The notes: generated from the letters alone by a model not told the origin. 64,000 bases of DNA from Caldisericota bacterium (GCA_029548865.1 JAKPMO010000002.1:128001-192000), one strand, 5' to 3'; counted from the first letter of the stretch, positions 17,101-27,021 are shown. Numbers and translations are program-made.

Positions 17101-19759
17101 TGTGGAATGGACAGTACTGGCACCAGACAGCCGTAAAGGTTTCTGTGAGCAGGGCCCTTGGTACCTGCTTGTCGGTTGCCGGATTTGTACACGGGTTTAC
17201 AAGAAGGATAAAAGTGAACTTGACCTCCTTATTTGCTGCACCTGCGCCATTCATTGTCACTGCAATTTCATAGATACCAGGGGTGACATTGCCCTTTGGA
17301 ATCAGTGTCATTGTTGTTTTGTTGTTCTCCCTTATCTTGACGGATGAGGGTTTAAATTCAACAGTGACATTAGATAATTCGAAATTTTTTGGATCACAAC
17401 TCAAATTTTCGATAGCTTTTCCGGATGGATGGGTGAGGCACTTTTTGAGTGGCATTGCGTAGCTGAAGCTCACGTTACGATCAAAACCATTTTGTGGGTT
17501 TATGGTTATCTCGAGACTCGCCGGATTGTTGCATTCCATCTCGACAAAGTAACCCTGTTCAGTGGGAAGCGAGTAGCCAAAACCATCAGATGGGAGGACT
17601 ACTGCCTCAATGCTCTGATCGCCTTTGTTTGTAGCTATTTTAATGACTGCTTTCATGGCTTGACCAGCAGTCATGCCTGTTGTGTCTATTTTTACAGTGA
17701 TGAAGTTCACATCACCAACAAATGTTGGTGGGTCTACTGATAGAAATGGGATTTCCTGACTGATTTCGATCTTGCCGGTGAGTGCACCACCAGTCCAGTT
17801 ACGGACTTCAATTCTTCTCTGCCCTTGCTCTCCAACTGGCATTACACCGAAATCGAGTATTTTTGGTGCAACTGTAAACCACACAACGTTGCTTGTCTGT
17901 GGAACGAATGATTCTGTGTCTACTCTTGGGAAATCGAAAATTGCGCTATATGGCACAGACTGGAGCCTGAGGTTTTGTGTGTCGGAGACGATTACCTTGT
18001 CCTCGATGCATGCAAGACCGCTTGGGAAAGAGAAGAAACCAGCAGCTTTTTTGATATCTGGATCATTTGTATCTTCGTTTTCTTCACCTGATTTTGAGAA
18101 GAAGATGGCTCTCCCTGGCCCGCCTGATCTTCCATATATCCATGATCTTCCAGAGGCATTGTCAAAAACAACTACTCTGTCGTTGTAGGTATCTGAAACG
18201 TAGATCTTTCCTGACTGATCATAAGAGCAGTCCTGCGGGAAGAAAAGCTGTTCTTTTCCTCTACCCTTGAAACCGTACTGTTTGACTGGTTTTCCATCGA
18301 GTGTGAATTCCTGGATTCTGCAGTTGCCGGAATCTGCGACTATGAGTTTTCTGCCGTCTGATGAAATTCCGGTTGGGTTGCTGAACTGGCCTGGGGCTTG
18401 GCCATACCCACCAAATTGGTTGATAAACTCGCCGGAAAGCGAGAACACCTGAACAAGGTTGTTTCCAGAGTCGGCGACAAACATCTTGTTGACTGATGAA
18501 ACGACGACAACGTCAGAGGGTGAATTCAACTTTCCATTGCCGTTTCCTGCTGAGCCGATTATCTTTTTGAAAGTTCCATCTACAGTGAATTGTTTGATGC
18601 AATTATTTCCGGCATCTGCCACGTAAATGTTGTCATTCTTGTAATCCACGCCTACTGGATTGGCAAACTGCCTCTCACCTGTGCCAAATGAACCAAATTC
18701 TGATATGAATTTGCCATCTTTGGTCATGATTATGACTTTTTTTCTTGCAAAATCCGCAACCGCGATGTTTTCGCCATTATAGGCCACGCCTGCTGGTCTG
18801 CCGAAGGAGGAGGCAGCCTGTTCGACTGGAAGGCCCAAAATGCCTGCGTATTTTCCATCTTGCTCAAAGACATCTACGCGGTTGTTTGTGTTTGATGCAA
18901 CATAAATCTTGCCATCAAGAATTGTGATTCCGATTGGGTTGCCAAGCTGTCCTTGTCCTGATCCTGGGGAGCCAAATGAGGAAACCGTGGCACCATCGGC
19001 ATTAAGGATTGTTATTTTACCTTCTACGGCATCGGTTACAAAGATCTTGCTTTCGAGGGCCGTTATTCCAAATGGGTGGGAAGAAGATATATTCTGAATG
19101 AATTTTCCGTCAAGATCATAAATCACTATCCTGCCATTTTGTGGATCGGTTACAAACAATTTGGATGCTACAACGCAAACACCGGCTGGGCTGGAAAGCT
19201 TACCATCTTCAATTCCCTTGGAACCGATTGTGTTGATGAATTTGCCGTTAAGGTCCAGTACAACAACATTTGATGCGCCGGAGTTGGCTATATAGATCCT
19301 GTTTTGGTCTATCCAGATGCCCTCCGGTCTCTTAAGGAGCTTCCTGCCATCGGTACCAAATGGCGTGAATTCGCCTTCGTATGGTGAATCTACCTTGTTG
19401 CCCCTTACGAGAATTTTGCCCTGCGACCTGTCAATCCAGTATATCTTTTCTCTATAGGCAAATATTCCACCTGGATCGCTTATCTGTTCCTCATGGTTTC
19501 CATGAAGACCAAAAGCGAACTGGGATTGCCCATTCTTCATTATGGCTTGTGTTCTGAATGCTGCCTGCTCGACGACGTAAACTCTGTTGCCTTCTGATGC
19601 TAGCCAGGAGGGGGACACGAAGGTACCAAGTTTTGGTGGTCCACCAATTGGAACAACACCAAAATCAGAGATGGCACTTGCTTTTCCTGGTACAAATATA
19701 CCTGGCACTAGCCCCATCAGGATCGCAAAACAAAGTGTTAATGATAAAAATTTCTTCAT
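14168..19759 (-). CDS. large secreted protein: NHL-repeat propellers, Omp28-like CxxC domain, Ig-like and cohesin-like domains, C-terminal stalk domain
   Basis: Signal peptide; many NHL repeats (PxGI...VADSGNxRIQxF); ETFTAVWCQYCP; YVVAWIQD; KTLLPLRFVGDALG. Confidence 0.85.
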   Translation of the reverse strand: MKKFLSLTLCFAILMGLVPGIFVPGKASAISDFGVVPIGGPPKLGTFVSPSWLASEGNRVYVVEQAAFRTQAIMKNGQSQFAFGLHGNHEEQISDPGGIFAYREKIYWIDRSQGKILVRGNKVDSPYEGEFTPFGTDGRKLLKRPEGIWIDQNRIYIANSGASNVVVLDLNGKFINTIGSKGIEDGKLSSPAGVCVVASKLFVTDPQNGRIVIYDLDGKFIQNISSSHPFGITALESKIFVTDAVEGKITILNADGATVSSFGSPGSGQGQLGNPIGITILDGKIYVASNTNNRVDVFEQDGKYAGILGLPVEQAASSFGRPAGVAYNGENIAVADFARKKVIIMTKDGKFISEFGSFGTGERQFANPVGVDYKNDNIYVADAGNNCIKQFTVDGTFKKIIGSAGNGNGKLNSPSDVVVVSSVNKMFVADSGNNLVQVFSLSGEFINQFGGYGQAPGQFSNPTGISSDGRKLIVADSGNCRIQEFTLDGKPVKQYGFKGRGKEQLFFPQDCSYDQSGKIYVSDTYNDRVVVFDNASGRSWIYGRSGGPGRAIFFSKSGEENEDTNDPDIKKAAGFFSFPSGLACIEDKVIVSDTQNLRLQSVPYSAIFDFPRVDTESFVPQTSNVVWFTVAPKILDFGVMPVGEQGQRRIEVRNWTGGALTGKIEISQEIPFLSVDPPTFVGDVNFITVKIDTTGMTAGQAMKAVIKIATNKGDQSIEAVVLPSDGFGYSLPTEQGYFVEMECNNPASLEITINPQNGFDRNVSFSYAMPLKKCLTHPSGKAIENLSCDPKNFELSNVTVEFKPSSVKIRENNKTTMTLIPKGNVTPGIYEIAVTMNGAGAANKEVKFTFILLVNPCTNPATDKQVPRALLTETFTAVWCQYCPFHREGQYRMAEEYGYAEIIPLAYYCDAPNDNSGMTQESHHYRYRWYTQEGLPTTMFNGVWNFSEGDKPFERQAPPPDRLPDRKMSGTSFSYLRFKQRTETYRHMTSPLSLFLQATVDGDEGDAYLEINTLSDVSAYKDLNVYFVLVENNVLFEATNGEREHSLTVMKFLYEKGQKKSPKDEALGDPISLAPGTITKRRIHFEMPGKNYDWKTLTKNCYVVAWIQDNTKKEILQSTMVDLAQPLLTSYTFKQVNGQQTSVQAGSRANFKYILTNTGNIFMDFGIQMTHLGGQNWENSLLVDKVPSPNGGRITLDPMQSSLIELSVEVPPGTSEGTESLFRVEVSDDLSGQSSSSDLKLMVEPAKPPSFEISSSTKFVEVEPSTETSFNLTINPINEYNNPVTLQLAQESQKYFQAKFDPPNGVPPFETKVTIKSSEQLEYFEDGYKIKILATGSDARGEKIEKDITIRATAKLLSLTLKPERKVITSCAINEICRQTEVKINLEPSDIQLKEARLDFVYDGRYLEVTNVSLGQMMTRFGEIADMQYDIKPDRVNIRIKREKGVVADQNENTIVAITLKSTGDKIEIDNVRIGLENVTLLSASGSKALTKSVDETLSIRKNARPPVIHLITPIQKDSPWPDEAESKRRSEQGQINYRDITTTEKSLKISGKCESEEGVKQLTLFVGGNKVQLASDGTFDYTMNLKEGFNNIVIVCQNFTGESDGIMVIAVLDTTPPDLIIDRPSEDQFSMDYSMTTGQNFVEFRGFTEEKAKVTVAGRQVQVRKDPITDDETKRFFFTEKVQLAQGLNEIEVSACDENGNCRQYTYKVTYDPKAGNGKTTKIELWLGKASMLVNGETVKLVTAPTASSPPLPKDLAGSTFMPIAEVAKALDVEVGWNGKDKKVTLTQKLDNGKKKVIELWIGKKTAKIDGKEVFIDSAKKLYPTIVSGKTLLPLRFVGDALGALVEYESKAKKITLTYPKP

Positions 19760-20076
19760 TAAAGCCCCCTTCTAGGTTGTTGTAAATGTATAGGTCCGGT
19801 CATTGTGAAGGAAGTATATTGTCTACAACCTTAAACTCAACGATATTTGGTTTGTGATAAGCTTAAAGTTAAGTTTGTACCCATTTTGATTAAAGCTTCA
19901 CGAATTATTACAGATCGTTCCAGCAAATTTTAAAAAATAGGGTTGATTTCTACTGTGTTCTTTTGCGTAAACTGTTTTTTGATCATTAAAAGATAAATTT
20001 ATTAAGATGCAAAAGTAAAAAACATATTTTAACTGAGGGCTTCTTTGCATTTTTTGCTAAGTGGAACCAAAATTTG

Positions 20077-20104
20077 TTGACAGGGTGGCTCAAGGGTTTA
20101 AGAT
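20077..20104 (+). promoter_or_regulatory. sigma70-type promoter with no downstream + strand CDS
   Basis: TTGACA-16 bp-TAAGAT. Confidence 0.55.
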
Positions 20105-20194
20105 GGACTCGCCCAATTTGGGCCACCCTCCTTTTCTTTCCGGGGACTTGTCCCCAAAACCCTAACCCCCTTCCGGCGGGGGTTTCGGTTTTTT
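20105..20194 (+). ncRNA. candidate small regulatory RNA with anti-SD tract
   Basis: GC-rich island in AT-rich spacer: hairpin GCCCA/TGGGC, CCCTCCTTTTCTTTCC, hairpin GGGGA-CTTG-TCCCC, terminator hairpin plus T6. Confidence 0.55.
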
Positions 20195-20447
20195 ATTATA
20201 GGAAATCACCTTGCCATATAAATGGACCAATTGTGAATAATAATGTATGACTATTTATAGTCCAATCAAAAAATACAAGCTATATTTGGTTTATATATCT
20301 GATTGGATTTGGATAAATTGTGAAACCAGAAAAAATTTAGCTAGACCATTAAAACAAAATTAGCGTCTAGAAATTTATAATGGAATGCTATTTTATAAGC
20401 CATTTTTTCAAAATCATTCCAATCTGACAAATGCTTATTTCCAAATA

Positions 20448-20846
20448 TTAATCCTGCTGGTGCACCAGATCCATGAGTGCTTGTGCTGTTTCTTCAAAAG
20501 ATATATAGAGTTTTCTTGTGTTTTCCCTCATGATACTGATTGCCTTGTCCAGTGATTCATCCATGACGTTTTCCAGCAGGATTTTTTTGGATGTTTGCGA
20601 GATTTCGGTGGCCCAATTACCCAATCCTTCTACAGACTTTCCACTGTCATCATCGTCATCGAACTGGTCCCTTATTTCTTCAATCCCTTCCAGGAGTTCT
20701 TCTGATTTGTCTTCAATGAGGTCTTTTTTGCTTTCCAGCAATTCCATAATTGCATCCAGCGATTCAATCTCATATTCGGACATTGCATCTACCTTGTCTT
20801 TAAGTATTTCAAGAAGCTCCATCACCTTTTCTTTGTTTTGATCCAT
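20448..20846 (-). CDS. hypothetical acidic helical protein
   Basis: AAGGAGG before ATG 20846, TATAAT upstream; E/D-rich, no recognised motif. Confidence 0.75.
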   Translation of the reverse strand: MDQNKEKVMELLEILKDKVDAMSEYEIESLDAIMELLESKKDLIEDKSEELLEGIEEIRDQFDDDDDSGKSVEGLGNWATEISQTSKKILLENVMDESLDKAISIMRENTRKLYISFEETAQALMDLVHQQD

Positions 20847-20886
20847 TTTTTCCTCCTTTGGCATTATACCTTCCCTGTCAAAAAAG

Positions 20887-20916
20887 AAAAACCCCGCAAT
20901 GAAACTGCGGGGTTTT
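20887..20916 (-). terminator. intrinsic terminator after acyl-CoA dehydrogenase
   Basis: AAAACCCCGCA...TGCGGGGTTTT, T run on minus strand. Confidence 0.8.
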
Positions 20917-20940
20917 GGGTTCGTTCTTTATTAATCAGGC

Positions 20941-22086
20941 TCACACATCTTTGACAATATTGGAGGCGATGACTGACCTCTGTATTTGATTAGTGCCCTC
21001 ATATATCTGGGTTATCTTGGCATCGCGCATCATTTTTTCAACGGGATACTCTTTCATGTAGCCATACCCACCAAATACCTGGACTGCATCCACAGTCACC
21101 TTCATGGCCAGGTCTGTGCAATAGAGCTTTACCATTGCTGATTCTTTTGAATATTTTGTTGCCCCTGAATCAATCCACCTTGCCACGTTGTAGAGCATGT
21201 TTCTTCCAGCTTCAATCTGGGTTGCCATATCGGCAAGCATGAAACTGATTCCCTGGAAGTTGATGATCGGCTGGCCAAACTGCACCCTCTGCTTTGCGTA
21301 GAGAAGTGCTGCCTCGTAGGCACCCCATGCTATTCCAAGCCCTTGTGCTCCAATACCTGGGCGTGACTTGTCAAGGGTCTTCATTGCAACAAGGAAGCCT
21401 TGCCCTTCTGCGCCAATAACGTTTTCGGCAGGGACCCTACAATCCTGGAATACGAGTTCGGTTGTGACTGAGGAACGAATGCCCATCTTGTGCTCGTCTT
21501 TGCCATAAGTGAAGCCTGGCGTGCCCTTCTCGACTATGAAGGCCATGAGGCCCCTTACCCCCTTGGATTTGTCAGCTTGTGCTATGACTGTTGTAAAATC
21601 TGCCACCCTGCCGTTGGTTATGAACTGCTTGGTACCATTGAGCACCCAATGGTCGCCATCCTTGACTGCTGTTGTTGCAATATTGGATGCATCAGAGCCG
21701 GCATTTGCCTCTGTTAATGCAAATGCTGTCAACCATTCGCCAGCAGCGGCCTTTGTAAGGTATTTCTTTTTCTGCTGCTCGTTGCCCATTATGACGATCG
21801 GGAATGAACCAAGGGCATTTACTGCGAAAGAAACCGCCACGCCACCGTCAACTCTTGCAAGCTCCTCGATGATGAGACAGAGTTCAAGCACTCCAAGCCC
21901 GAGACCATCGTATTCTTTTGGAATGTATGTCCTCATCAGGTCTGCCTTGGCGAATTCCTTGATGATTTCCATTGGGAATATGCCCTTTTCGTCGAGTTCA
22001 GCCCTAACTGGCCTGATTTTTTCCTCGGCGATCTTTTTGGCGAGGTTTTTTATCATTTTCTGTTCATCGGTGAGAAAATAGTCCAT
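20941..22086 (-). CDS. acyl-CoA dehydrogenase (butyryl-CoA dehydrogenase-like)
   Basis: FALTEANAGSD, NGTKQFITNG, KMGIR, QVFGGYGY, IYEGTNQIQR. Confidence 0.95.
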   Translation of the reverse strand: MDYFLTDEQKMIKNLAKKIAEEKIRPVRAELDEKGIFPMEIIKEFAKADLMRTYIPKEYDGLGLGVLELCLIIEELARVDGGVAVSFAVNALGSFPIVIMGNEQQKKKYLTKAAAGEWLTAFALTEANAGSDASNIATTAVKDGDHWVLNGTKQFITNGRVADFTTVIAQADKSKGVRGLMAFIVEKGTPGFTYGKDEHKMGIRSSVTTELVFQDCRVPAENVIGAEGQGFLVAMKTLDKSRPGIGAQGLGIAWGAYEAALLYAKQRVQFGQPIINFQGISFMLADMATQIEAGRNMLYNVARWIDSGATKYSKESAMVKLYCTDLAMKVTVDAVQVFGGYGYMKEYPVEKMMRDAKITQIYEGTNQIQRSVIASNIVKDV

Positions 22087-22178
22087 CTGTAGACCTCCTT
22101 ACTTTTATTTTGACACAACTGATAGAAACTGGTTACAATATGTGGAACATTTTTGTTTTTTGGCAAGTAAGGAGATGT

Positions 22179-23534
22179 ATGAAAAGAACTTTTGTTTTGA
22201 TAATGCTGGTTTTTTTCTTTTGTGCAGGGTGTGGTTGCAATGAAACGACCAGGATCGTTAAGGTAGATGATTCTGGAAACAACAAATCTGTTGCGGATAA
22301 TCAGAATGAAACAACCAACAATGCTCCTCCCGTAAAAGTGGATCCATTTGCAGAAAAGCCCTTTCCTAAAGCGGAACCTGTAAAGGAATGGTTTATGTTT
22401 AAGGGCACCCCGGACAATCTTGGGTTGGTGGATGCCGACATAAAGTTGCCTTTGGGGAAGAAATATGATGAAAAAAACAAGAAGGCCGTAGAATATCGCT
22501 GGGTCTCTTTTTCAGCACCAAATATGAACAGGCTTCTTGGCAATCCTGCCGTTGTAAGGAACAGGATATATTTTGGTTGTGAGATGGGCTTCATCTCATG
22601 CTTTGATTTTATTACAGGCGAACCCAAATGGAGGAATGGCGACCAGATAAAACCAATTATAACTCCAATTGCGGCCAATGATTATGTTGTGGTTTTTGGT
22701 ACCCTTGATGGTGAGGTTTACTGTTATGATGGTCTTTCAGATTCACAATTATGGGTGTTCAAGACTAGCCCAAACATCTCTGCACCACCAAATATTACCG
22801 ATGAGAATGTGAAGAATGGAAGGGTTCATGGCGGGCCAAAAATAGTTGATGACAAAGTTTATTTTGGTGCTTTTGATGGGAAACTCTATTGCCTTAATAT
22901 CAAAGATGGCAAGAAAGTTTGGGAGTTTGCTACCAAAGGGAAAATATACAGCTCCCCTGCCATCTCGGATGGTAGGATATATTTTGCCAATTTTGAGGGA
23001 AAGCTTTTCTGCATTGACCAGAAAACAGGCAAGAAGATATGGGATGCTGACTTGGGCAAGCCAACGATTGCATCTCCGGTTGTCTTCGGGCCCAGGGTCT
23101 GGATTGGCGGCAAAAATTCAAAGATGTTCTGCTTCCAGACAAAAGATGGGAAAAAGCTTTGGGAATACCAGGGGCCAATTTCAGATTATGGCATTGAGTC
23201 AACTCCAGCGCTTGACGAAGAAAACCTCTATTTTGGCGAAACAAAGGGGGGCCTTATTTGTTTGAACTGGAAGACCGGCAAAGAAGTCTACAAAGTCAGC
23301 ATCTCGGATAAACCGCTCAATTCCTCGCCAGTAATCGTCAGAAACATGGTAATGGTTGGCGGTCACGACAAGAATTTTTATGTCATAGACAAGAAGAATG
23401 GGAAAGTGCTGGACACTTTTACAACAAGGGGCAGCATTCTTGCCTCACCCATCATTATTGGAAATGAAGTTCTGGTGACCAGTTACGATTCGAGTATATA
23501 TATCCTCAGGGCAAAGGGAACAAACCCTCCCTGA
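22179..23534 (+). CDS. PQQ-like beta-propeller (BamB-like) lipoprotein
   Basis: AAGGAG RBS, signal peptide with AGCGC, repeated DGKLYC..xDGKKxW blades. Confidence 0.85.
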   Translation: MKRTFVLIMLVFFFCAGCGCNETTRIVKVDDSGNNKSVADNQNETTNNAPPVKVDPFAEKPFPKAEPVKEWFMFKGTPDNLGLVDADIKLPLGKKYDEKNKKAVEYRWVSFSAPNMNRLLGNPAVVRNRIYFGCEMGFISCFDFITGEPKWRNGDQIKPIITPIAANDYVVVFGTLDGEVYCYDGLSDSQLWVFKTSPNISAPPNITDENVKNGRVHGGPKIVDDKVYFGAFDGKLYCLNIKDGKKVWEFATKGKIYSSPAISDGRIYFANFEGKLFCIDQKTGKKIWDADLGKPTIASPVVFGPRVWIGGKNSKMFCFQTKDGKKLWEYQGPISDYGIESTPALDEENLYFGETKGGLICLNWKTGKEVYKVSISDKPLNSSPVIVRNMVMVGGHDKNFYVIDKKNGKVLDTFTTRGSILASPIIIGNEVLVTSYDSSIYILRAKGTNPP

Positions 23535-23536
23535 TC

Positions 23537-24730
23537 CTAGTGATCATCTAATCTGGATTTTTTCCTTACCAGTCTCTCATGGCGGTGCCTCAAACCATCG
23601 ATTGTTGGCGCCGCCATTTCATTTTCAGAGAGCAATTTTATCTGCCTTGCAACGGACATTGCTTTCTCGGTTGCTTCAAGCGCCCTGCCGATGTCTTTTG
23701 TTCTGTGTTCGAAGTGTTTTGCCTGCTCAACCAGAGCTTCAATCACCTGGTATGGGTCATGACAAACATTTTCAAAATGTTTTGCGGCTTTTTCAAACTC
23801 GCCCTGTTTTTTGCAAAGCCTTCCGAGTGCAAACATCGCTTCGTCTCGCAGTTTCTTGTTTGGTGTGTCAGTAGCCCTTTGCATGTATTCCATTCCTTCA
23901 CAAGAAAAGCCTTTTTTCCATAGGTATTGGCCAACTGAAAGCTGTTCTATTGGGTCTTCAAAAAATGGGCTGTCTGGTGTTTCAAAGATTGAGCCAATCA
24001 TTTCCAGTAAAGACATCATGCTCACGACGTCCTGCTGGTTGTGCTCGAACACTCTGGCCATGTCTGTCGGGTTGTTTGTTCTTATGTAATCGAAATAAAC
24101 CTCTGGTATCAATTCCCCTGGAATATCGCCCTCTCTAATTTTTCTAAAAAGGTTGCACTCAAGGCTCTGAAGTGAGCAGGACTGGAGCCTTTTTTTCCAT
24201 ATTATTCTTGATGTGTGCAGAAGGTCCAGGTGATCGAATTCTGAAAAAGGGTTCCTCTCCCTCATCATGAGGTATCTTGTTTCAAGGAGTGGTATATCGA
24301 ATGTTTTTCCGTTGAAAGTTACGATGTGGGTTTTTCCGTCGAAATATTCCCTCAATATAGAGAGCATGTGTGGCTCATCGGAAAATTTTGGCATGAAAAG
24401 CTGGACAGTCTGGAATTTTCCAGAGTCCAGAAAACCGAGGCCGACCATAAAAGCATAGGTTCCTGTTCCACCAGCAAGACCGGTGGTTTCGGTGTCTAGA
24501 AACAAAACTCTCTCTGGAGATATGTCAGCCCCAAGACCGACGAAATTTTTGAGCCTTGAATAGGTCCTTTGTTTTGTTGTCCAGGTTCTTGAGGAGAATG
24601 CCACAAAAACTTTGCTCTGGCCTTTTTGAGACCACTCACCGCTGATAAGCTCCTCCAGAGGAATGCTGGATTTTTTGGCCTGTGATTTGGGTGCACCAAC
24701 AATCCTCTGGAGACGTTCTGAGAGGTCCAT
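23537..24730 (-). CDS. YprB/MrfB-like DEDD exonuclease (RNase H-like) with C-terminal TPR
   Basis: FLDTETTGLAGGTGT, TFNGKTFDIP, HLDLLH, DIPG, HNQQDV, AKHFEH. Confidence 0.88.
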   Translation of the reverse strand: MDLSERLQRIVGAPKSQAKKSSIPLEELISGEWSQKGQSKVFVAFSSRTWTTKQRTYSRLKNFVGLGADISPERVLFLDTETTGLAGGTGTYAFMVGLGFLDSGKFQTVQLFMPKFSDEPHMLSILREYFDGKTHIVTFNGKTFDIPLLETRYLMMRERNPFSEFDHLDLLHTSRIIWKKRLQSCSLQSLECNLFRKIREGDIPGELIPEVYFDYIRTNNPTDMARVFEHNQQDVVSMMSLLEMIGSIFETPDSPFFEDPIEQLSVGQYLWKKGFSCEGMEYMQRATDTPNKKLRDEAMFALGRLCKKQGEFEKAAKHFENVCHDPYQVIEALVEQAKHFEHRTKDIGRALEATEKAMSVARQIKLLSENEMAAPTIDGLRHRHERLVRKKSRLDDH

Positions 24731-24735
24731 TTTTA

Positions 24736-27021
24736 TTATTTACAGCCTGGTTTTGTGAGTGTTATCTGTTTGTTGGATGCGCTATAATTTACATTCGCAC
24801 CAAGGGCCTCGCTTACAAACCGTAATGGAATCATCGTTTTTCCCTTTACGATCTGTGGTGCTGCCTGGAGCTGAACAGGTGCGCCATCAACGACGGCTGT
24901 TTTTGAACCAATCTTCAATTCGACTTTCTTTCCAGCTTCAGTCACAAAGGAAATGACTTTGGTTGATGCTTCATATTTGAGCTCTACCCCAAATGATTCG
25001 GCCACAAACCTTATTGGAACAACTGTTACCCCAGAGGTAATCATTGGTGGGGCCTCCAGTTTGACTTTTTTGCCATTCACGAGTGTTTCATCTTTTCCAA
25101 TCCACATGATTATTGTCATTGGATCAGAAAATCCGACGACCTCAAAGGAAAGATCGATTTTGAATGCGTTGGATTTTATTTGTGCCATACCAGTGTTGTT
25201 TGTCTTGCTTAGGAGGTTTTTATTGATTATGAAAGCTATTGATACATCTTCGCCATCAAAAACGATTGGATTAACAATGAGCCATGGTGCTTTAACTATC
25301 ACATCACCATGATTGTAACCACTTAGCTTTACTATCTTTTTGAAAGCTTGTGTTTCGCTGCAACGGATGACAACCCTTTCACTTTTTGTCTGAGGTTCCT
25401 GTCCGCCACCAAAGGCCACCAGAACAGGAATGGTCTTTTTCCCTCCGTTTGATTTTATGTTGATGGATGATTTGTAGATTCCTGGCTTTAATTTGGCTAT
25501 GTCTGCTATGACGGTTATCTCTGTGCTGTTGCCAGAAAATTGTGTTGGGCTGACAAGGAGCCAGTCGTCATCGGAAGTCAATACCCCAGACAGCTCGCCT
25601 GATCCATCATTTTGGATCGCGATCTTTTTCGTAATGGCCTTTTTCTCGTTTGTGTAGCCAAAATTGAGCTCATTTTCTTCCACATAAAGAACAGGTGGTT
25701 TTACACCTATATTTGTGTAGCAACGATAGGAAAAATCACTTTTAACAGGATCAGTTTCTTTATGTTCCAGACGGTGCACTTCCATGCCTATCACAAGGTA
25801 ACCACTAACAACCGTCATTTCTGAAGGATTTGGGACACCTGGAATACTATCTTGCCAGAGTAGCATGCCATTTTCTGGATCGAAAGCCCTAAGTTTTGTG
25901 TTTAGTCCAGAATTGTCTTCGGTCATGGTGTAAAGAACACCGTTTGCCACAGTTGTTGTATGCCCTATGTCAGAACCTTCGATTGTGGATGTACCTTGTA
26001 GTGCTACTTGCCAGATTGTCTTGCCTGTTTCAAGATCGAGGCAATAGACCACTTTCGGCTGGTTTTTGTCCTTGCTCCCCCTCGATACTATATAGACCCT
26101 GTTGCCAAGAATTGATGGTGTTCCTGATGGCATCCCGCAATTGTCGGGGTCGCTTGATTCATAGTCAGACAACCTCTTGCTCCAGATTGTTTTTCCATCT
26201 TCAAGCGAAATGTAATTGAGTCTGTCATAAACGGTATTGACAAAGATACCTTTTTCGGTTCCGACTATGTATGAACCTCTCCCTATTCTTTCATTGTTTT
26301 GGATTTTCCATATCTCGGCGCCGGTGTTTTTGTCGAGTTTGTATATTGTTTTGAAGATTGAACCATAAAGATAATCACCCTGGACACAGAACCAGGGAAC
26401 CATAGTGATGTTGTATTCATAGGATTTCTTCCATATCAGCTTGCCGTTTTCCGCAGAATGGGCCTGGAAGAAAAATATCCTCTGGTCCTTATCGTTGTCG
26501 TCTTTCACATCTGAGTATGAAAGTGAATAAATTATGTCTCCATCGATAATAGCGCCTATAGTGTACCTTAGCCATTCTATTTCCCAAACCGTGGCCCTCG
26601 ATTCGCCATTTATCCTGCGTACCCAGCTGTACTGTTTTTCATTGGAGTAACCCTGGCAAATCAGATCACCTTTGTAAAGCGCCCATGGCCACCATGCTTC
26701 CTTGTATTCCCATGCTATTGAGCCAGAGGAGAGCACTCTTTTCTGAATGCTCGTCTGGTAAATGCCCTTTTCCGGTGGCTTCGACATTCCGAGGTAGCAT
26801 GCAGATCCTGATGCAAGTGGTGGTACTGCCCATATTGAGCCTTCTTGCCCCGTGTCCCATGAATAATCAAGTGGTGGCTGGATTTTTGCTGAGCTGGCGT
26901 GTCTTCTGTCTGGTGTGCAACCAGCCATTGACCATGAAGCATTGTTTGAAGCCCCAAAACTCCCCTGTGGTACGAAATTGATGGCGATGATTACTGTGAG
27001 GGCGATAGTAAACTTTTTCAT
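24736..27021 (-). CDS. secreted PQQ-like propeller + BACON-like + stalk-domain protein
   Basis: Signal peptide; propeller blades; NDGSGELSG...WL; TVVPIRFVAE and TMIPLRFVSE. Confidence 0.85.
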   Translation of the reverse strand: MKKFTIALTVIIAINFVPQGSFGASNNASWSMAGCTPDRRHASSAKIQPPLDYSWDTGQEGSIWAVPPLASGSACYLGMSKPPEKGIYQTSIQKRVLSSGSIAWEYKEAWWPWALYKGDLICQGYSNEKQYSWVRRINGESRATVWEIEWLRYTIGAIIDGDIIYSLSYSDVKDDNDKDQRIFFFQAHSAENGKLIWKKSYEYNITMVPWFCVQGDYLYGSIFKTIYKLDKNTGAEIWKIQNNERIGRGSYIVGTEKGIFVNTVYDRLNYISLEDGKTIWSKRLSDYESSDPDNCGMPSGTPSILGNRVYIVSRGSKDKNQPKVVYCLDLETGKTIWQVALQGTSTIEGSDIGHTTTVANGVLYTMTEDNSGLNTKLRAFDPENGMLLWQDSIPGVPNPSEMTVVSGYLVIGMEVHRLEHKETDPVKSDFSYRCYTNIGVKPPVLYVEENELNFGYTNEKKAITKKIAIQNDGSGELSGVLTSDDDWLLVSPTQFSGNSTEITVIADIAKLKPGIYKSSINIKSNGGKKTIPVLVAFGGGQEPQTKSERVVIRCSETQAFKKIVKLSGYNHGDVIVKAPWLIVNPIVFDGEDVSIAFIINKNLLSKTNNTGMAQIKSNAFKIDLSFEVVGFSDPMTIIMWIGKDETLVNGKKVKLEAPPMITSGVTVVPIRFVAESFGVELKYEASTKVISFVTEAGKKVELKIGSKTAVVDGAPVQLQAAPQIVKGKTMIPLRFVSEALGANVNYSASNKQITLTKPGCK

